Shown in pieces: positions 54,582-64,000 of a DNA stretch of 64,000 bases. This stretch comes from Escherichia phage vB_EcoM_WL-3. The notes beneath the pieces were generated by a model, which ran no database searches, was not told the origin of the DNA, and saw only the letters and a program-made list of their open reading frames with translations. Where the stretch lies: the sequence record MT968995.1. The stretch is one strand, 5' to 3'. A program made the translations under genes and the position numbers. Every line of letters starts with the position of its first letter. The stretch's first letter is position 1.

Positions 54582-55697
54582 ATGGAAAAATTTATGGCAG
54601 AGTTTGGACAAGGATACGTCCAAACGCCATTTTTATCGGAAAGTAATTCAGTAAGATATAAAATAAGTATAGCGGGTTCTTGCCCGCTTTCTACAGCAGG
54701 ACCGTATGTTAAATTTCAGGATAATCCTGTCGGAAATCAAACATTTAGCGCAGGTCTTCATTTAAGAGTTTTTGACCCTTCAACAGGAGCATTAGTTGAT
54801 AGTAAGTCATATGCTTTTTCTACTTCAAATAATACTACATCAGCTGCTTTTGTTAGTTTCATGAATTCTTTGTCAAACAATAGACTTGTTGCTATATTAA
54901 CTAGCGGAAAGGTTAATTTTCCTCCTGAAGTGGTATCTTGGTTAAGGGGAGCAGGAACTTCAGTTTTTCCATCAGATTCAGTATTGTCAAGATTTGACGT
55001 ATCATATGCTGCTTTTTATACTTCTTCTAAAAGAGCTATTGCATTAGAGCATGTTAAACTAAGTAATAGAAAAAGCACAGATGATTATCAAACTATTTTA
55101 GATGTTGTATTTGATAGTTTAGAAGACGTCGGAGCGACAGGATTTCCAAAAAGAACTTATGAAAGTGTCGAGCAATTCATGTCAGCAGTTGGTGGAACTA
55201 ATAACGAAATTGCGCGATTGCCAACTTCAGCTGCTATAAGTAAACTTTCTGACTATAATTTAATTCCTGGTGATGTTCTTTATCTTAAAGCACAGTTATA
55301 TGCTGATGCTGATTTACTTGATCTTGGAACTACAAACATATCCATTCGTTTTTATGATGCATCAAATGGATATATTTCCTCGACCCAAGCTGAGTTTACT
55401 GGGCAAGCTGGGTCTTGGGAATTAAAAGAAGACTATGTAGTTGTTCCAGAAAACGCCGTAGGATTTACGATATATGCACAAAGAACTGCTCAAGCAGGTC
55501 AAGGCGGCATGAGAAATTTAAGTTTTTCTGAAGTATCAAGAAATGGCGGCATTTCAAAACCTGCCGAATTTGGCGTCAACGGTATTCGCGTTAATTATGT
55601 CTGTGAATCGGCTTCACCTCCAGATATAATGGTACTTCCTACACAAGCCTCTTCTAAAACTGGCAAAGTGTTTGGACAGGAATTTAGAGAAGTTTAA
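54582..55697 (+). CDS. 35: Long tail fiber hinge connector gp35
   Basis: 371-aa ORF in the expected position. Confidence 0.88.
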   Translation: MEKFMAEFGQGYVQTPFLSESNSVRYKISIAGSCPLSTAGPYVKFQDNPVGNQTFSAGLHLRVFDPSTGALVDSKSYAFSTSNNTTSAAFVSFMNSLSNNRLVAILTSGKVNFPPEVVSWLRGAGTSVFPSDSVLSRFDVSYAAFYTSSKRAIALEHVKLSNRKSTDDYQTILDVVFDSLEDVGATGFPKRTYESVEQFMSAVGGTNNEIARLPTSAAISKLSDYNLIPGDVLYLKAQLYADADLLDLGTTNISIRFYDASNGYISSTQAEFTGQAGSWELKEDYVVVPENAVGFTIYAQRTAQAGQGGMRNLSFSEVSRNGGISKPAEFGVNGIRVNYVCESASPPDIMVLPTQASSKTGKVFGQEFREV

Positions 55698-55702
55698 ACT
55701 GA

Positions 55703-55720
55703 GGGAGCCTTCGGGTTCCC
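55703..55720 (+). terminator. Terminator hairpin after gene 35 (UUCG tetraloop plus U-run)
   Basis: gggagcc-ttcg-ggttccc followed by tttttcttt. Confidence 0.65.
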
Positions 55721-55728
55721 TTTTTCTT

Positions 55729-55736
55729 TATAAATA
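55729..55736 (+). promoter_or_regulatory. Late promoter (TATAAATA) for gene 36
   Basis: Exact TATAAATA about 24 bp upstream of the gene 36 ATG. Confidence 0.6.
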
Positions 55737-55759
55737 ATATTAAAATAAAGGGGCATATA

Positions 55760-56410
55760 ATGGCTGATTTAAAAGTAGGTTCAACTGTGGGTGGATCTGT
55801 CATTTGGCATCAAGGAAATTTTCCATTGAATTCAGCCGGTGACGATGTACTCTACAAATCATTTAAAATATATTCAGAATATAATAAACCGCAGGCAGCT
55901 GATAACGATTTCGTTTCTAAAGCTAATGGTGGTACTTACGCCGGTCCAATTACTATTAATTACGGGGTAAATAGTTATCTTCAATTAAGTAATAATGAAA
56001 CCCCTATCCGAATTCGTTCTGGTGGCGGCACTGGTAATACTCTTGTAGTTGGTGGCTCTTCTGGCGGTATTAGTTTTAGACCAGCAGGTAGTGAAATCAC
56101 TACTGGACAAATTACTATTACGCCAGAAGGTTTGACAACATTTACCAGGGCTGTAACGGCTCCATCTGTAACTGTTACATCTACTCCTTCCGCAGCATCT
56201 GATGTTACTCGTAAAGATTATGTTGATGGAGCAATAAATACTGTTACAACAAATGCAAACTCTAGGGTATTACGCTCTGGAGACACTATGACAGGAAATT
56301 TAACTGCGCCAAACCTTTTTTCACAGAATCCTGCATCTCAACCTTCACACGTTCCACGATTTGACCAAATCGTAATTAAGGATTCTGTTCAAGATTTCGG
56401 CTATTATTAA
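55760..56410 (+). CDS. 36: Long tail fiber distal connector gp36
   Basis: 216-aa ORF in the expected position. Confidence 0.88.
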   Translation: MADLKVGSTVGGSVIWHQGNFPLNSAGDDVLYKSFKIYSEYNKPQAADNDFVSKANGGTYAGPITINYGVNSYLQLSNNETPIRIRSGGGTGNTLVVGGSSGGISFRPAGSEITTGQITITPEGLTTFTRAVTAPSVTVTSTPSAASDVTRKDYVDGAINTVTTNANSRVLRSGDTMTGNLTAPNLFSQNPASQPSHVPRFDQIVIKDSVQDFGYY

Positions 56411-56418
56411 GAGGACTT

Positions 56419-59367
56419 ATGGCTACTTTAAAACAAATACAATTTAAAAGAAGCAAAACTGCAGGTCAACGTCCTGCTGCTTCAGTATTAGCCGAAGGTG
56501 AATTGGCTATAAACTTAAAAGATAAAACAATTTTCACAAAAGATGACTCAGGTAGTGTTATAGAATTAGGTTTAAAATATGGAGGAACTATAAATGGGTC
56601 TTTAGAGGTTACAGAAAATATAACTGGAACTTTAATTGGAAATTCTAGCACAGCTACTAAATTGCAAACACCTAGGAAAATTAATGGTATATCTTTTGAT
56701 GGGTCAAAGGACATTACCTTAACTCCATCTGACATAAATGTCAATAGCACAACATTTATAAAAAATAATGGCGAATTACCTACTGATGCTAATTTAGATA
56801 CGTATGGGCCCATTGAAGAATATCTTGGTGTTTGGTCGAAATCTACTTCAACAAATGCGCAACCAGCAAATAAATTCCCAGAAGAAAATGCCGTAGGTGT
56901 ACTAGAAGTGTTTGTGGCCGGCCAATTTGCTGGCACTCAGCGTTATACTGTAAGATCTGGTAACGTCTATATTCGTTCCTTATCTGCTAAATGGAATGGC
57001 GTCGATGGTCCATGGGGTGTGTGGCGTAATGTTCAAGCGTCAACTCGTCCACTTTCACAAACGATTGACCTTGATAGCTTGGGAGAATTAGAACATTGTG
57101 GCTTATGGCGAAACAGTTCAAGCGCAATCGCATCATTTGATCGCCATTATCCAGAAGAAGGATCAGCCGCACAAGGATTTTTAGAAATATTTGAAGGTGG
57201 TTTATACACGAGAACTCAGCGTTATACTACCCGCATGGGTATGGTTTATACTCGTTGTCTCGCTGCTGCATGGGATGCTAGTGCACCTAAGTGGGAGGAA
57301 TGGAAGCAGGTTGGTCATGGCACACCAGCGACTTTCTATGATGGAGATCTGAATGATTTTAAAACTCCCGGGTTATATAATATTTTAGGCACTGATGCCG
57401 TTATTAACTGTCCTACAGGTGAAGGTTTGCCGACTGTTATTGTTGGTTTGCTGGAAGTTAAACAGCGTGCTTCTGGCGGTGCTATTTTCCAACGTTTCAC
57501 TACCGCAGGAACGGGTGCAACTACTCGCGATCGTATTTTTGAGCGTGCATATACTGGTGGTGCGTGGGGTGCATGGAACGAAGTATATACATCTTATTCT
57601 CTGCCAATTACTTTGGGTATGGGTGGTATTAAAGCTCAATTAGCGGAGTTAGATTGGCAAACCTTTGATTTTGTCCCTGGTAGTATGTTTAGTGTTCCTT
57701 TGAACAAAATAAAGAATATGCCAGCAAATATGGATTGGGGCACGATTGATGGAAACCTGGTTATGTTTTCTGTCGGTCCTAGCGAACATACCGGAACGGG
57801 TCGAACTGTTCAAGTGTGGCGCGGTACTGTATCTCAGGCGAACTATCGTTATTTCGTTGTTCGTATCGCTGGTAATCCAGGAAGTAGGACTAATACTTGT
57901 CGTCGTGTTGTTCTTGAAGACGGATCACATACTTGGACTGCTCAACAAAACTTTAGGGGATTGCTGAATATCACTGCTGCTGTTAATCTTGGTGCTAATC
58001 AGAAAATTTCACTTGCTCCAGGAGCATATATTCAAGCCCCTGCTAGCGGTTCTGGTTCTAATACTTACGCAAATCAGAATACTACCATTGCGCCATTATA
58101 TCAGGCTATTGACGATTCAAATAAAAACCAGTTTGCGCCAATTGTTAAACAGAAAAACACTGTAACAAATATTACTATGGCTTCTGGTATGGATATTGCT
58201 AGTTCAGAATATCGTATCGTTGCTCAGGGTGATTTATCCGCTACTGGAACTACAGCCACTGAATTAGCTACATGGCGTTTCTTGCCGTCTGGCCGATTCA
58301 TGTCACAAAGCCGAGTTTATGCTGGCGCAGCATTCTTGAACACTGATGGTAACATTGCTGGTTCAATCTGGAAGAAATACAACGATGCAACCAATTTAGA
58401 TGCTGCCTTGAATACTCGCCTAGGTAAAGGCGGTGATACGATGACAGGTCGGTTAACAATCAATGCACCTAATGATTCTATTGTATTATCAACGACTGCT
58501 AGTAATTCTTTGCATATTCGTGGTGACATAGACGGGACTGGTAACTGGTATATTGGTAAGGGTGGTGCTGATAATTCGCTAGCATTTTATAGCTATGCTT
58601 CTCAGGCGGCAGTACATATCACAAACAGTGGTGAGATTGCGTTAAAACCGCAAAATACCGTAATGGTTAACGTTAACCGTGACCGTGTACACATTAACGG
58701 TTCTGGATGGATTGCTAGACAACCGGGTGATTGGGGCAACCAATGGCGAGTAGAAGCTCCATTATTCGTTGATCATGGTTATGTTTCACAGGATTGTTAT
58801 TATCCTATTCTTAAAGCAAGAAGCGTTATAACCAATCAAGGATATAGCACCGCTGTTGACTTTGGTATGCGTCGTATTCCATCACAGTGGGGGCAAGCAA
58901 TCATTCGTGTCGGATCCACGGAGGCTTCTCCTGATGCTGGACACCCACAAGCTGTGTTTGAATTCCATCATGATGGATTCTTTTATACACCAGGAAATGG
59001 TAGCTTTAGCGATGTGTATATTCGTTCTGACTCCCGTCTCAAGATTAATAAAGAAGAATTAGAATATGGAGCGGTCGAAAAAGTTTGCCGACTGAAAGTT
59101 TATATTTACGATAAAGTTAAGTCTATTAAAGACCGTAGTGTTATTAAACGTGAAGTTGGTATTATTGCTCAGGACCTTGAAAAGGAATTACCGGAAGCTG
59201 TATCTAAAGTTGAAGTTGATGGATCTGATGTTCTGACAATTTCTAACTCTGCTGTGAATGCTCTTTTAATTAAGGCTATTCAGGAAATGAGTGAAGAAAT
59301 TAAAGAATTGAAAACGCCTTTCTTCACTAAAATTGCTCGCAAAATTAGTAATTATTTTAAATTCTAA
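56419..59367 (+). CDS. 37: Long tail fiber distal subunit gp37 (T2-type, with C-terminal chaperone-like domain)
   Basis: 982-aa ORF; the C-terminal ~120 aa ([20 protein letters not shown]...) resemble an intramolecular-chaperone/autocleavage domain. Confidence 0.9.
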   Translation: MATLKQIQFKRSKTAGQRPAASVLAEGELAINLKDKTIFTKDDSGSVIELGLKYGGTINGSLEVTENITGTLIGNSSTATKLQTPRKINGISFDGSKDITLTPSDINVNSTTFIKNNGELPTDANLDTYGPIEEYLGVWSKSTSTNAQPANKFPEENAVGVLEVFVAGQFAGTQRYTVRSGNVYIRSLSAKWNGVDGPWGVWRNVQASTRPLSQTIDLDSLGELEHCGLWRNSSSAIASFDRHYPEEGSAAQGFLEIFEGGLYTRTQRYTTRMGMVYTRCLAAAWDASAPKWEEWKQVGHGTPATFYDGDLNDFKTPGLYNILGTDAVINCPTGEGLPTVIVGLLEVKQRASGGAIFQRFTTAGTGATTRDRIFERAYTGGAWGAWNEVYTSYSLPITLGMGGIKAQLAELDWQTFDFVPGSMFSVPLNKIKNMPANMDWGTIDGNLVMFSVGPSEHTGTGRTVQVWRGTVSQANYRYFVVRIAGNPGSRTNTCRRVVLEDGSHTWTAQQNFRGLLNITAAVNLGANQKISLAPGAYIQAPASGSGSNTYANQNTTIAPLYQAIDDSNKNQFAPIVKQKNTVTNITMASGMDIASSEYRIVAQGDLSATGTTATELATWRFLPSGRFMSQSRVYAGAAFLNTDGNIAGSIWKKYNDATNLDAALNTRLGKGGDTMTGRLTINAPNDSIVLSTTASNSLHIRGDIDGTGNWYIGKGGADNSLAFYSYASQAAVHITNSGEIALKPQNTVMVNVNRDRVHINGSGWIARQPGDWGNQWRVEAPLFVDHGYVSQDCYYPILKARSVITNQGYSTAVDFGMRRIPSQWGQAIIRVGSTEASPDAGHPQAVFEFHHDGFFYTPGNGSFSDVYIRSDSRLKINKEELEYGAVEKVCRLKVYIYDKVKSIKDRSVIKREVGIIAQDLEKELPEAVSKVEVDGSDVLTISNSAVNALLIKAIQEMSEEIKELKTPFFTKIARKISNYFKF

Positions 59368-59372
59368 CAACA

Positions 59373-59387
59373 AGGGGCTTTGCCCCT
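59373..59387 (+). other. GC hairpin (AGGGGC-TTT-GCCCCT) immediately upstream of the gene 38 SD
   Basis: Seen directly; followed by ttGGAGaaaatt ATG. Confidence 0.55.
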
Positions 59388-59399
59388 TTGGAGAAAATT

Positions 59400-60200
59400 A
59401 TGGCAGTAGTTGGTGTTCCCGGTTGGATTGGAAGTTCATCTGTAAATGAAACAGGACAACGATGGATGAGTCAAGCGGCTGGTCAATTAAGATTGGGTGT
59501 TCCTTGCTGGATGAGCCAATTCGCCGGACGCTCAAGAGAGATTATTCATACCGTAACAGCAAACCATAACTTTAATGGTCAATGGTTCCGCGACCGTTGC
59601 TTTGAAGCTGGCGGTGCACCCATTGTATTCAATATTGTTGGTGATATCGTTTCTTATTCTAAAGATGTGCCACTTTTCTTTATGTATGGGGATACGCCTA
59701 ATGAATATGTTGTTCTTAATATTCATGGCGGTGTTCATATGTGGGGTCGTGGTGGTAATGGTGGATACACTCACTCAGGAGGCGACGGTAACGGTACACA
59801 AGGCGGTCATGTTATTCAAAATGATATCGGTGGACGGCTTCGTATTTGGAACTACGGTGTTATAGCTGCTGGTGGTGGTGGTGGTGGCGGTATTGCATAT
59901 CGTCCACACTCAGGGGCAAACTGGCAAGATATCGGTGGCGGCGGCGGTCGACCTTTCGGTGGGGCTGGCGGTGGCGGTTATTCCGGTGGTGCTGCTTCGT
60001 ATGAAGGTCCGGGTGGTGGTTATGACTATGGTAACGCACACTCCGGCGCTGGTGGTAATGCTGGTGCTGCTGGTCAGAATGCATGGTCTGACGGCGGTAA
60101 AGTTCTTAAAGTTGGTGTTGGTGGTGCGTCTGGTCATGCAGTGTTTGGGTCTTCTCCAACTTGGGGTGTTGTTGGAACAATTTACGGACCAAGAGTATAA
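59400..60200 (+). CDS. 38: Receptor-recognising adhesin gp38 (T2-type, glycine-island containing)
   Basis: ORF 59388..60200 begins at TTG; the ATG at 59400 gives 266 aa; conserved N-terminus plus several poly-Gly islands. Confidence 0.85.
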   Translation: MAVVGVPGWIGSSSVNETGQRWMSQAAGQLRLGVPCWMSQFAGRSREIIHTVTANHNFNGQWFRDRCFEAGGAPIVFNIVGDIVSYSKDVPLFFMYGDTPNEYVVLNIHGGVHMWGRGGNGGYTHSGGDGNGTQGGHVIQNDIGGRLRIWNYGVIAAGGGGGGGIAYRPHSGANWQDIGGGGGRPFGGAGGGGYSGGAASYEGPGGGYDYGNAHSGAGGNAGAAGQNAWSDGGKVLKVGVGGASGHAVFGSSPTWGVVGTIYGPRV

Positions 60201-60230
60201 TTTGAATAAATATCCTTAAAAGGAGGGTCT

Positions 60231-60887
60231 ATGGCAGCACCTAGAATATCATTTTCGCCCTCTGATATTCTGTTGGGTGTTCTAGATCGCTTGTTCAAAG
60301 ATAATGCTACCGGGAAAGTTCTTGCTTCCCGGGTAGCTGTCGTAATTCTTTTGTTTATAATGGCGATTGTTTGGTATAGGGGAGATAGTTTCTTTGAGTA
60401 CTATAAGCAATCAAAGTATGAAACATACAGTGAAATTATTGAAAAGGAAAGAAATGCACGCTTTGAATCTGTCGCCCTGGAACAACTCCAGATAGTTCAC
60501 ATATCATCTGAGGCAGACTTTAGTGCGGTGTATTCTTTCCGCCCTAAAAACTTAAACTATTTTGTTGATATTATAGCATATGAAGGAAAATTACCTTCAA
60601 CAATAAGTGAAAAATCACTTGGAGGATATCCTGTTGATAAAACTATGGATGAATATACAGTTCATTTAAATGGACGTCATTATTATTCCAATTCAAAATT
60701 TGCTTTTTTACCAACTAAAAAGCCTACTCCCGAAATAAATTACATGTATAGTTGTCCATATTTTAATTTGGATAATATCTATGCTGGAACAATAACCATG
60801 TACTGGTATAGAAATGATCATATAAGTAATGACCGCCTTGAATCAATATGTTCTCAGGCGGCCAGAATATTAGGAAGGGCTAAATAA
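60231..60887 (+). CDS. t: Holin t
   Basis: 218-aa ORF with a single N-terminal transmembrane segment and large periplasmic domain; AAGGAGG SD; matches T4 T. Confidence 0.93.
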   Translation: MAAPRISFSPSDILLGVLDRLFKDNATGKVLASRVAVVILLFIMAIVWYRGDSFFEYYKQSKYETYSEIIEKERNARFESVALEQLQIVHISSEADFSAVYSFRPKNLNYFVDIIAYEGKLPSTISEKSLGGYPVDKTMDEYTVHLNGRHYYSNSKFAFLPTKKPTPEINYMYSCPYFNLDNIYAGTITMYWYRNDHISNDRLESICSQAARILGRAK

Positions 60888-61160
60888 TTATTTGTTTGTA
60901 TACATCTCTAGATATCGATATACACCCTCAAAACCCTCGTTGAATTCGTCGATGAGGGTTTTCTTATCTTCTTGTGTTAATTCAGAAACAATTTTACGGA
61001 ATGAATTCTGATTTAACTTTCTACCTTCATGCGTTACTCCAATCTCATTCAGAAATGCAATAAAATTAGCACGATTCTCAACAATATCTTCTCTGGAAAA
61101 TTTAATCAAAATAGACGCAACAGTAATAATTTCACGAACTGTATCAATGTTTTTATTCAT
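60888..61160 (-). CDS. asiA: Anti-sigma-70 factor AsiA
   Basis: 90-aa ORF beginning MNKNIDTVREIITVASILIKFSRED, recognised as AsiA. Confidence 0.93.
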   Translation of the reverse strand: MNKNIDTVREIITVASILIKFSREDIVENRANFIAFLNEIGVTHEGRKLNQNSFRKIVSELTQEDKKTLIDEFNEGFEGVYRYLEMYTNK

Positions 61161-61192
61161 TAACTACACCACTTAATTAGTTGACTTTATTA

Positions 61193-61222
61193 TAATATCA
61201 TCAGACGTTTGATTTGTAAACT
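61193..61222 (-). promoter_or_regulatory. T4 early-type promoter (GTTTAC-N18-TATTAT) for asiA
   Basis: Minus-strand GTTTACAAATCAAACGTCTGATGATATTAT about 30 bp upstream of asiA. Confidence 0.55.
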
Positions 61223-61321
61223 GGTCTGTGTTATCTTCTTCAAAAATTTTTTCTACGAATTCCTTGAACGACTCACGTTCCTGAACTACATTATGCTCGA
61301 TTACCTTTTCAAGATTATGAC

Positions 61322-61600
61322 TCATTCGAAATAATCTTCAATTTCGTAATCATGGACGTAAATCATTATAGTTTTTAATACATCATCAATACTTTTTCCT
61401 GGAGCTGGAATTACGTAAAAATACCCCGCCTTTGAGTTATCTTTATAAGTTCCAACCAAGAAATCATTATTTTCAAGATGTAGTTCTTCAACTAATTCAT
61501 CGACAATTGAGTGGTATAAATTTGGTAGAAACTTATATAGCTTTTCTAGAATGTCAATTTTGATTGTATATTGAACCACAGATTGAGAATCAATAATCAT
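61322..61600 (-). CDS. arn: Anti-restriction nuclease Arn
   Basis: 92-aa acidic ORF, length and position match T4 Arn. Confidence 0.8.
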   Translation of the reverse strand: MIIDSQSVVQYTIKIDILEKLYKFLPNLYHSIVDELVEELHLENNDFLVGTYKDNSKAGYFYVIPAPGKSIDDVLKTIMIYVHDYEIEDYFE

Positions 61601-61683
61601 AGACCTTCCCCTTATGTTTCTGTTTGCGATTAGATTCTTTAAACGCTTTCTTCTTATCTTTATGAACAGAAGCTTTATTAAAA

Positions 61684-61902
61684 TTATGTTTTGCGACTAA
61701 ATTGTTCATAGTGCTGAATTACCTCTCTTAAACATTTGCATGTGAATGAAAACTTTTTAGCTACACCACATTCAAATATATGTTCTCTTAAATCACGTGT
61801 ATCAGTATATCCCATCTCAACGATAAAATGCCGTATTAGATTTTTATCTTTATCATTGAGAGAATTAAAATAATCAGATTTTGAATTAATTTCCCTGGCC
61901 AA
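61684..61902 (-). CDS. Hypothetical protein (arn.x-like)
   Basis: 72-aa ORF with a Cys pair. Confidence 0.55.
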   Translation of the reverse strand: MAREINSKSDYFNSLNDKDKNLIRHFIVEMGYTDTRDLREHIFECGVAKKFSFTCKCLREVIQHYEQFSRKT

Positions 61903-62182
61903 ATTGAATCACCTTCAGTTGACGTTTTAATTCTTTTATCATTTCTTCGTTCATCGCAATATAAAGATCACGCAAAGCAGGTTTTAGCATTCCATTTACT
62001 GGAGAACTAAATGGACATACATAATCTTTTCCTACGAGCTTTTTAGTGAATTCCATATCACAGAATTTAAATCCCGGTTCATTGGTATAAATTCCCCAAT
62101 TAGTTGACATCATTTTATTGGCATATTCCAGTGCCTGGATTTGATTCATAATTCCATCAATTTGAAACTTTTTAATATTCAT
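61886..62182 (-). CDS. Hypothetical protein (arn.x-like)
   Basis: 98-aa ORF. Confidence 0.6.
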   Translation of the reverse strand: MNIKKFQIDGIMNQIQALEYANKMMSTNWGIYTNEPGFKFCDMEFTKKLVGKDYVCPFSSPVNGMLKPALRDLYIAMNEEMIKELKRQLKVIQFGQGN

Positions 62183-62643
62183 TAGTAAAGGTCCTCAGAG
62201 TAAAGTTCTTTTTCACTACCACCGCGTTCAATACGTACTTGTCCAGCGTAAGTTGCAATAATCATTGCTTCTTCACGTGTCCAATAATTACTATATTGGT
62301 CAATAAACCCTTGGTCATCATCACAAACTTGTTGAGTAACTAATTGAGGTTTAACTACATCTAAAACTTCTGCCATATCTTTAGAATAATGACGAGCACC
62401 TGGAATAATAAGAGTTCGTCCATCTTTTAATTTAAAACGGTTGGCTGCGCAAACAATCCGTCGTTGGTACTTTTGGTTTTCATCCCAGTATGCAGACTGC
62501 CAACAGATTTCCGGAACTTCTGCAAGAATATCTTCTTCTGTGCATTTATAACCATGTGCTTTAAATTTTTGAACAAGACTTTCTGGAGTTTCACGAGATA
62601 AAGGAACATTCAGCATTTTTAAACGATTAATAAATGGATTCAT
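62182..62643 (-). CDS. Hypothetical protein (arn.x-like)
   Basis: 153-aa ORF. Confidence 0.6.
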   Translation of the reverse strand: MNPFINRLKMLNVPLSRETPESLVQKFKAHGYKCTEEDILAEVPEICWQSAYWDENQKYQRRIVCAANRFKLKDGRTLIIPGARHYSKDMAEVLDVVKPQLVTQQVCDDDQGFIDQYSNYWTREEAMIIATYAGQVRIERGGSEKELYSEDLY

Positions 62644-62969
62644 TTAAACCATCCTTTAATACGCTGCCATAAAGTTTTCTGTTGAGCTTTGTTAACACCA
62701 ATTGAGCGAATAACTGGTTGAGATTCCTGTAATTCTTTATAATCAGCAAGGTAAATTTCGTAAGCTGCATCCGTGAATGAACTTATCGCTGCCATGAAAT
62801 TGTTGCGAATACCTACTGGAGCATCTTTACTTTCACGAATAATCATGTATTTACCGGTCTTAATCTTTACGATGGTTCCAAGATAAGCCCCGTGGTACCA
62901 GATGTCCCACCCCTCTTGAGTGGGTTCTGCACAGCGACGAAGTTCATTGATAATTTCTAACTTGTTCAT
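62640..62969 (-). CDS. Hypothetical protein (motA.1-like position)
   Basis: 109-aa ORF immediately downstream of motA. Confidence 0.6.
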   Translation of the reverse strand: MNKLEIINELRRCAEPTQEGWDIWYHGAYLGTIVKIKTGKYMIIRESKDAPVGIRNNFMAAISSFTDAAYEIYLADYKELQESQPVIRSIGVNKAQQKTLWQRIKGWFK

Positions 62970-62979
62970 TATTTATTCC

Positions 62980-63615
62980 TCACAGTTCAGATGCTACGGT
63001 GATTACTGCTTCAATGTTTTCTGCCGAGCGTTTAATGTCAAGATACACATTACCGTTTTTAGCGATTTTACATGACATTCCGATATCAGTAAATTTCTGA
63101 ATATGATGTTCCATCATTTTGTATCCAAAAATTCGCATATTTCCATTGTTGTTAATTTCAAAATTACGAATTCCGTGAGTGCGTTTTTCTAAAATAGCGA
63201 GATAGTTACTACGATAAGTTTCAACCTTTTTAAGAACAAATCCATTTTCATCTAAAAGTTTTAACATGAAGTCTTTATCTTCTTCCATATCAGAAGTAAT
63301 CTCGCGAGCTTTACGTGTTGCTCGTTTTTTCAGCAGTTCAGGAGCGTTTTCCTGCGCGTATAAAGTTGCCGCATTTGAAATAATATCCTGAGCTTCACCT
63401 GTAATGATTAATCCATCACCAGATTTCTCCACCAGGCCTTTTTTAATCAATACCCCAATATTACTATTAACTACTGCATTACCTAAATCTGGATGCACCT
63501 CACGAACTTCTGCGGCTGTAATGAAATCTTTCTTAGCAATGGTAATTAAAATCGCAGCAGTTTTTTCATTCAGAACATCGTTAGAAGCTTTGATGATGTA
63601 AGTTACTTTAGACAT
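62980..63615 (-). CDS. motA: Middle-transcription activator MotA
   Basis: 211-aa ORF beginning MSKVTYIIKASNDVLNEKTAAILITIAKKDF, recognised as MotA. Confidence 0.93.
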   Translation of the reverse strand: MSKVTYIIKASNDVLNEKTAAILITIAKKDFITAAEVREVHPDLGNAVVNSNIGVLIKKGLVEKSGDGLIITGEAQDIISNAATLYAQENAPELLKKRATRKAREITSDMEEDKDFMLKLLDENGFVLKKVETYRSNYLAILEKRTHGIRNFEINNNGNMRIFGYKMMEHHIQKFTDIGMSCKIAKNGNVYLDIKRSAENIEAVITVASEL

Positions 63616-63656
63616 TTTCTAATCTCCGTAATTCTGTATCAGTAGTTGATAGTTGT

Positions 63657-63686
63657 ATAGTACCACAGTATGCTTTGGTTGTAAAC
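63657..63686 (-). promoter_or_regulatory. T4 early-type promoter (GTTTAC-N18-TACTAT) for motA
   Basis: Minus-strand GTTTACAACCAAAGCATACTGTGGTACTAT about 40 bp upstream of motA. Confidence 0.55.
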
Positions 63687-63716
63687 CGTTTTGTGAAAAA
63701 TTTTTGAAATAAAAAA

Positions 63717-63736
63717 GGGAGAGCCTCGGCTCTCCC
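63717..63736 (-). terminator. Intrinsic terminator (8-bp GC stem plus U-run) downstream of the small hydrophobic ORF and gene 52
   Basis: gggagagc-ctcg-gctctccc followed on the minus strand by TTTTTTATTT. Confidence 0.7.
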
Positions 63737-63741
63737 TAAAA

Positions 63742-63891
63742 TTACTGCATGACTGTGATAACTGTCATGATAACACGTTGAATTCCGAACGCAAGAAGAC
63801 CTCCTGCTACGGCTGGAACAACGCCTAAACCCGCCAGTAAAATGCTACCAGATACTAATGCAGCGCTTGTAATACCAATGAATGGACTCAT
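63742..63891 (-). CDS. Small hydrophobic protein (49 aa, putative membrane peptide)
   Basis: Hand-translated ORF below the track cutoff: MSPFIGITSAALVSGSILLAGLGVVPAVAGGLLAFGIQRVIMTVITVMQ; its ATG overlaps the gene 52 TGA (ATGA). Confidence 0.5.
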   Translation of the reverse strand: MSPFIGITSAALVSGSILLAGLGVVPAVAGGLLAFGIQRVIMTVITVMQ

Positions 63892-64000
63892 TTAATTTCC
63901 TCTAAATCTTTAGTGTATTCTGTAACTACATCAGTAGTTTTCCAATATTCGTTTTCTTCTTTCTTAGCTTTAGCTTCTTCAGCAAGTTTCTTTGCTTCAT
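63888..64000 (-). CDS. 52: 3-prime end of gene 52 (topoisomerase II subunit), partial
   Basis: Open minus-strand frame to the window edge encoding ...EAKKLAEEAKAKKEENEYWKTTDVVTEYTKDLEEIK-stop; identity inferred from T4 gene order next to motA. Confidence 0.6.
   Translation of the reverse strand, partial: EAKKLAEEAKAKKEENEYWKTTDVVTEYTKDLEEIK

Noticed and set aside
59532-60219. His-, Thr- and Val-rich ORFs on both strands across gene 38
   Set aside because: Alternative-frame readings of the GGT/GGC glycine-codon repeats of gene 38.
61161-61321. Possible small ORF between asiA and arn coupled to the arn stop (ATGA)
   Set aside because: Hand translation from the ATG at 61325 hits an in-frame TAG after 22 codons; the region is better explained as the asiA early promoter and leader.

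Overview
This window is a contiguous segment of a T-even (T4-like, Tequatrovirus-type) coliphage genome; protein lengths and sequences match the T4 gene order almost gene for gene. Plus strand carries late structural genes: end of gene 18, then 19, 20, 67, 68, 21, 22, 23, 24, uvsW, 51, 27, 28, 29, 48, 54, the long-tail-fiber genes 34-38 and holin t. Minus strand carries early/middle genes: rnlB, hoc, inh, uvsY, 25, 26, two tandem Alt-family ADP-ribosyltransferase genes, DNA ligase 30 and its 30.x ORFs, rIII, 31, cd, pseT, a spanin pair, alc, rnlA, denA, nrdB, nrdA, intron-split td with I-TevI, frd, 32, 59, 33, dsbA, rnh, asiA, arn, motA and the 3-prime end of gene 52. Regulatory punctuation is typical T4: TATAAATA late promoters, GTTTAC-N18-TATAAT-like early promoters on the minus strand, and many GC-rich tetraloop hairpins. 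No tRNA, rRNA or CRISPR was seen. Most worth a second look: (1) a perfect 77-bp tandem duplication inside gene 34 that frameshifts the proximal long-tail-fiber gene; (2) two adjacent, diverged Alt-like ADP-ribosyltransferase paralogs that both keep the R / S-T-S / E-x-E catalytic motifs; (3) an extra 119-aa ORF between frd and td, where T4 is reported to have overlapping genes; (4) a mosaic homing-endonuclease complement (td intron with I-TevI present, nrdB intron-less, no mobE or segE); (5) a T2-type adhesin module (gp37 with C-terminal chaperone-like domain plus glycine-island gp38). All assignments are from reading the sequence and recalled T4 biology; no database search was run.
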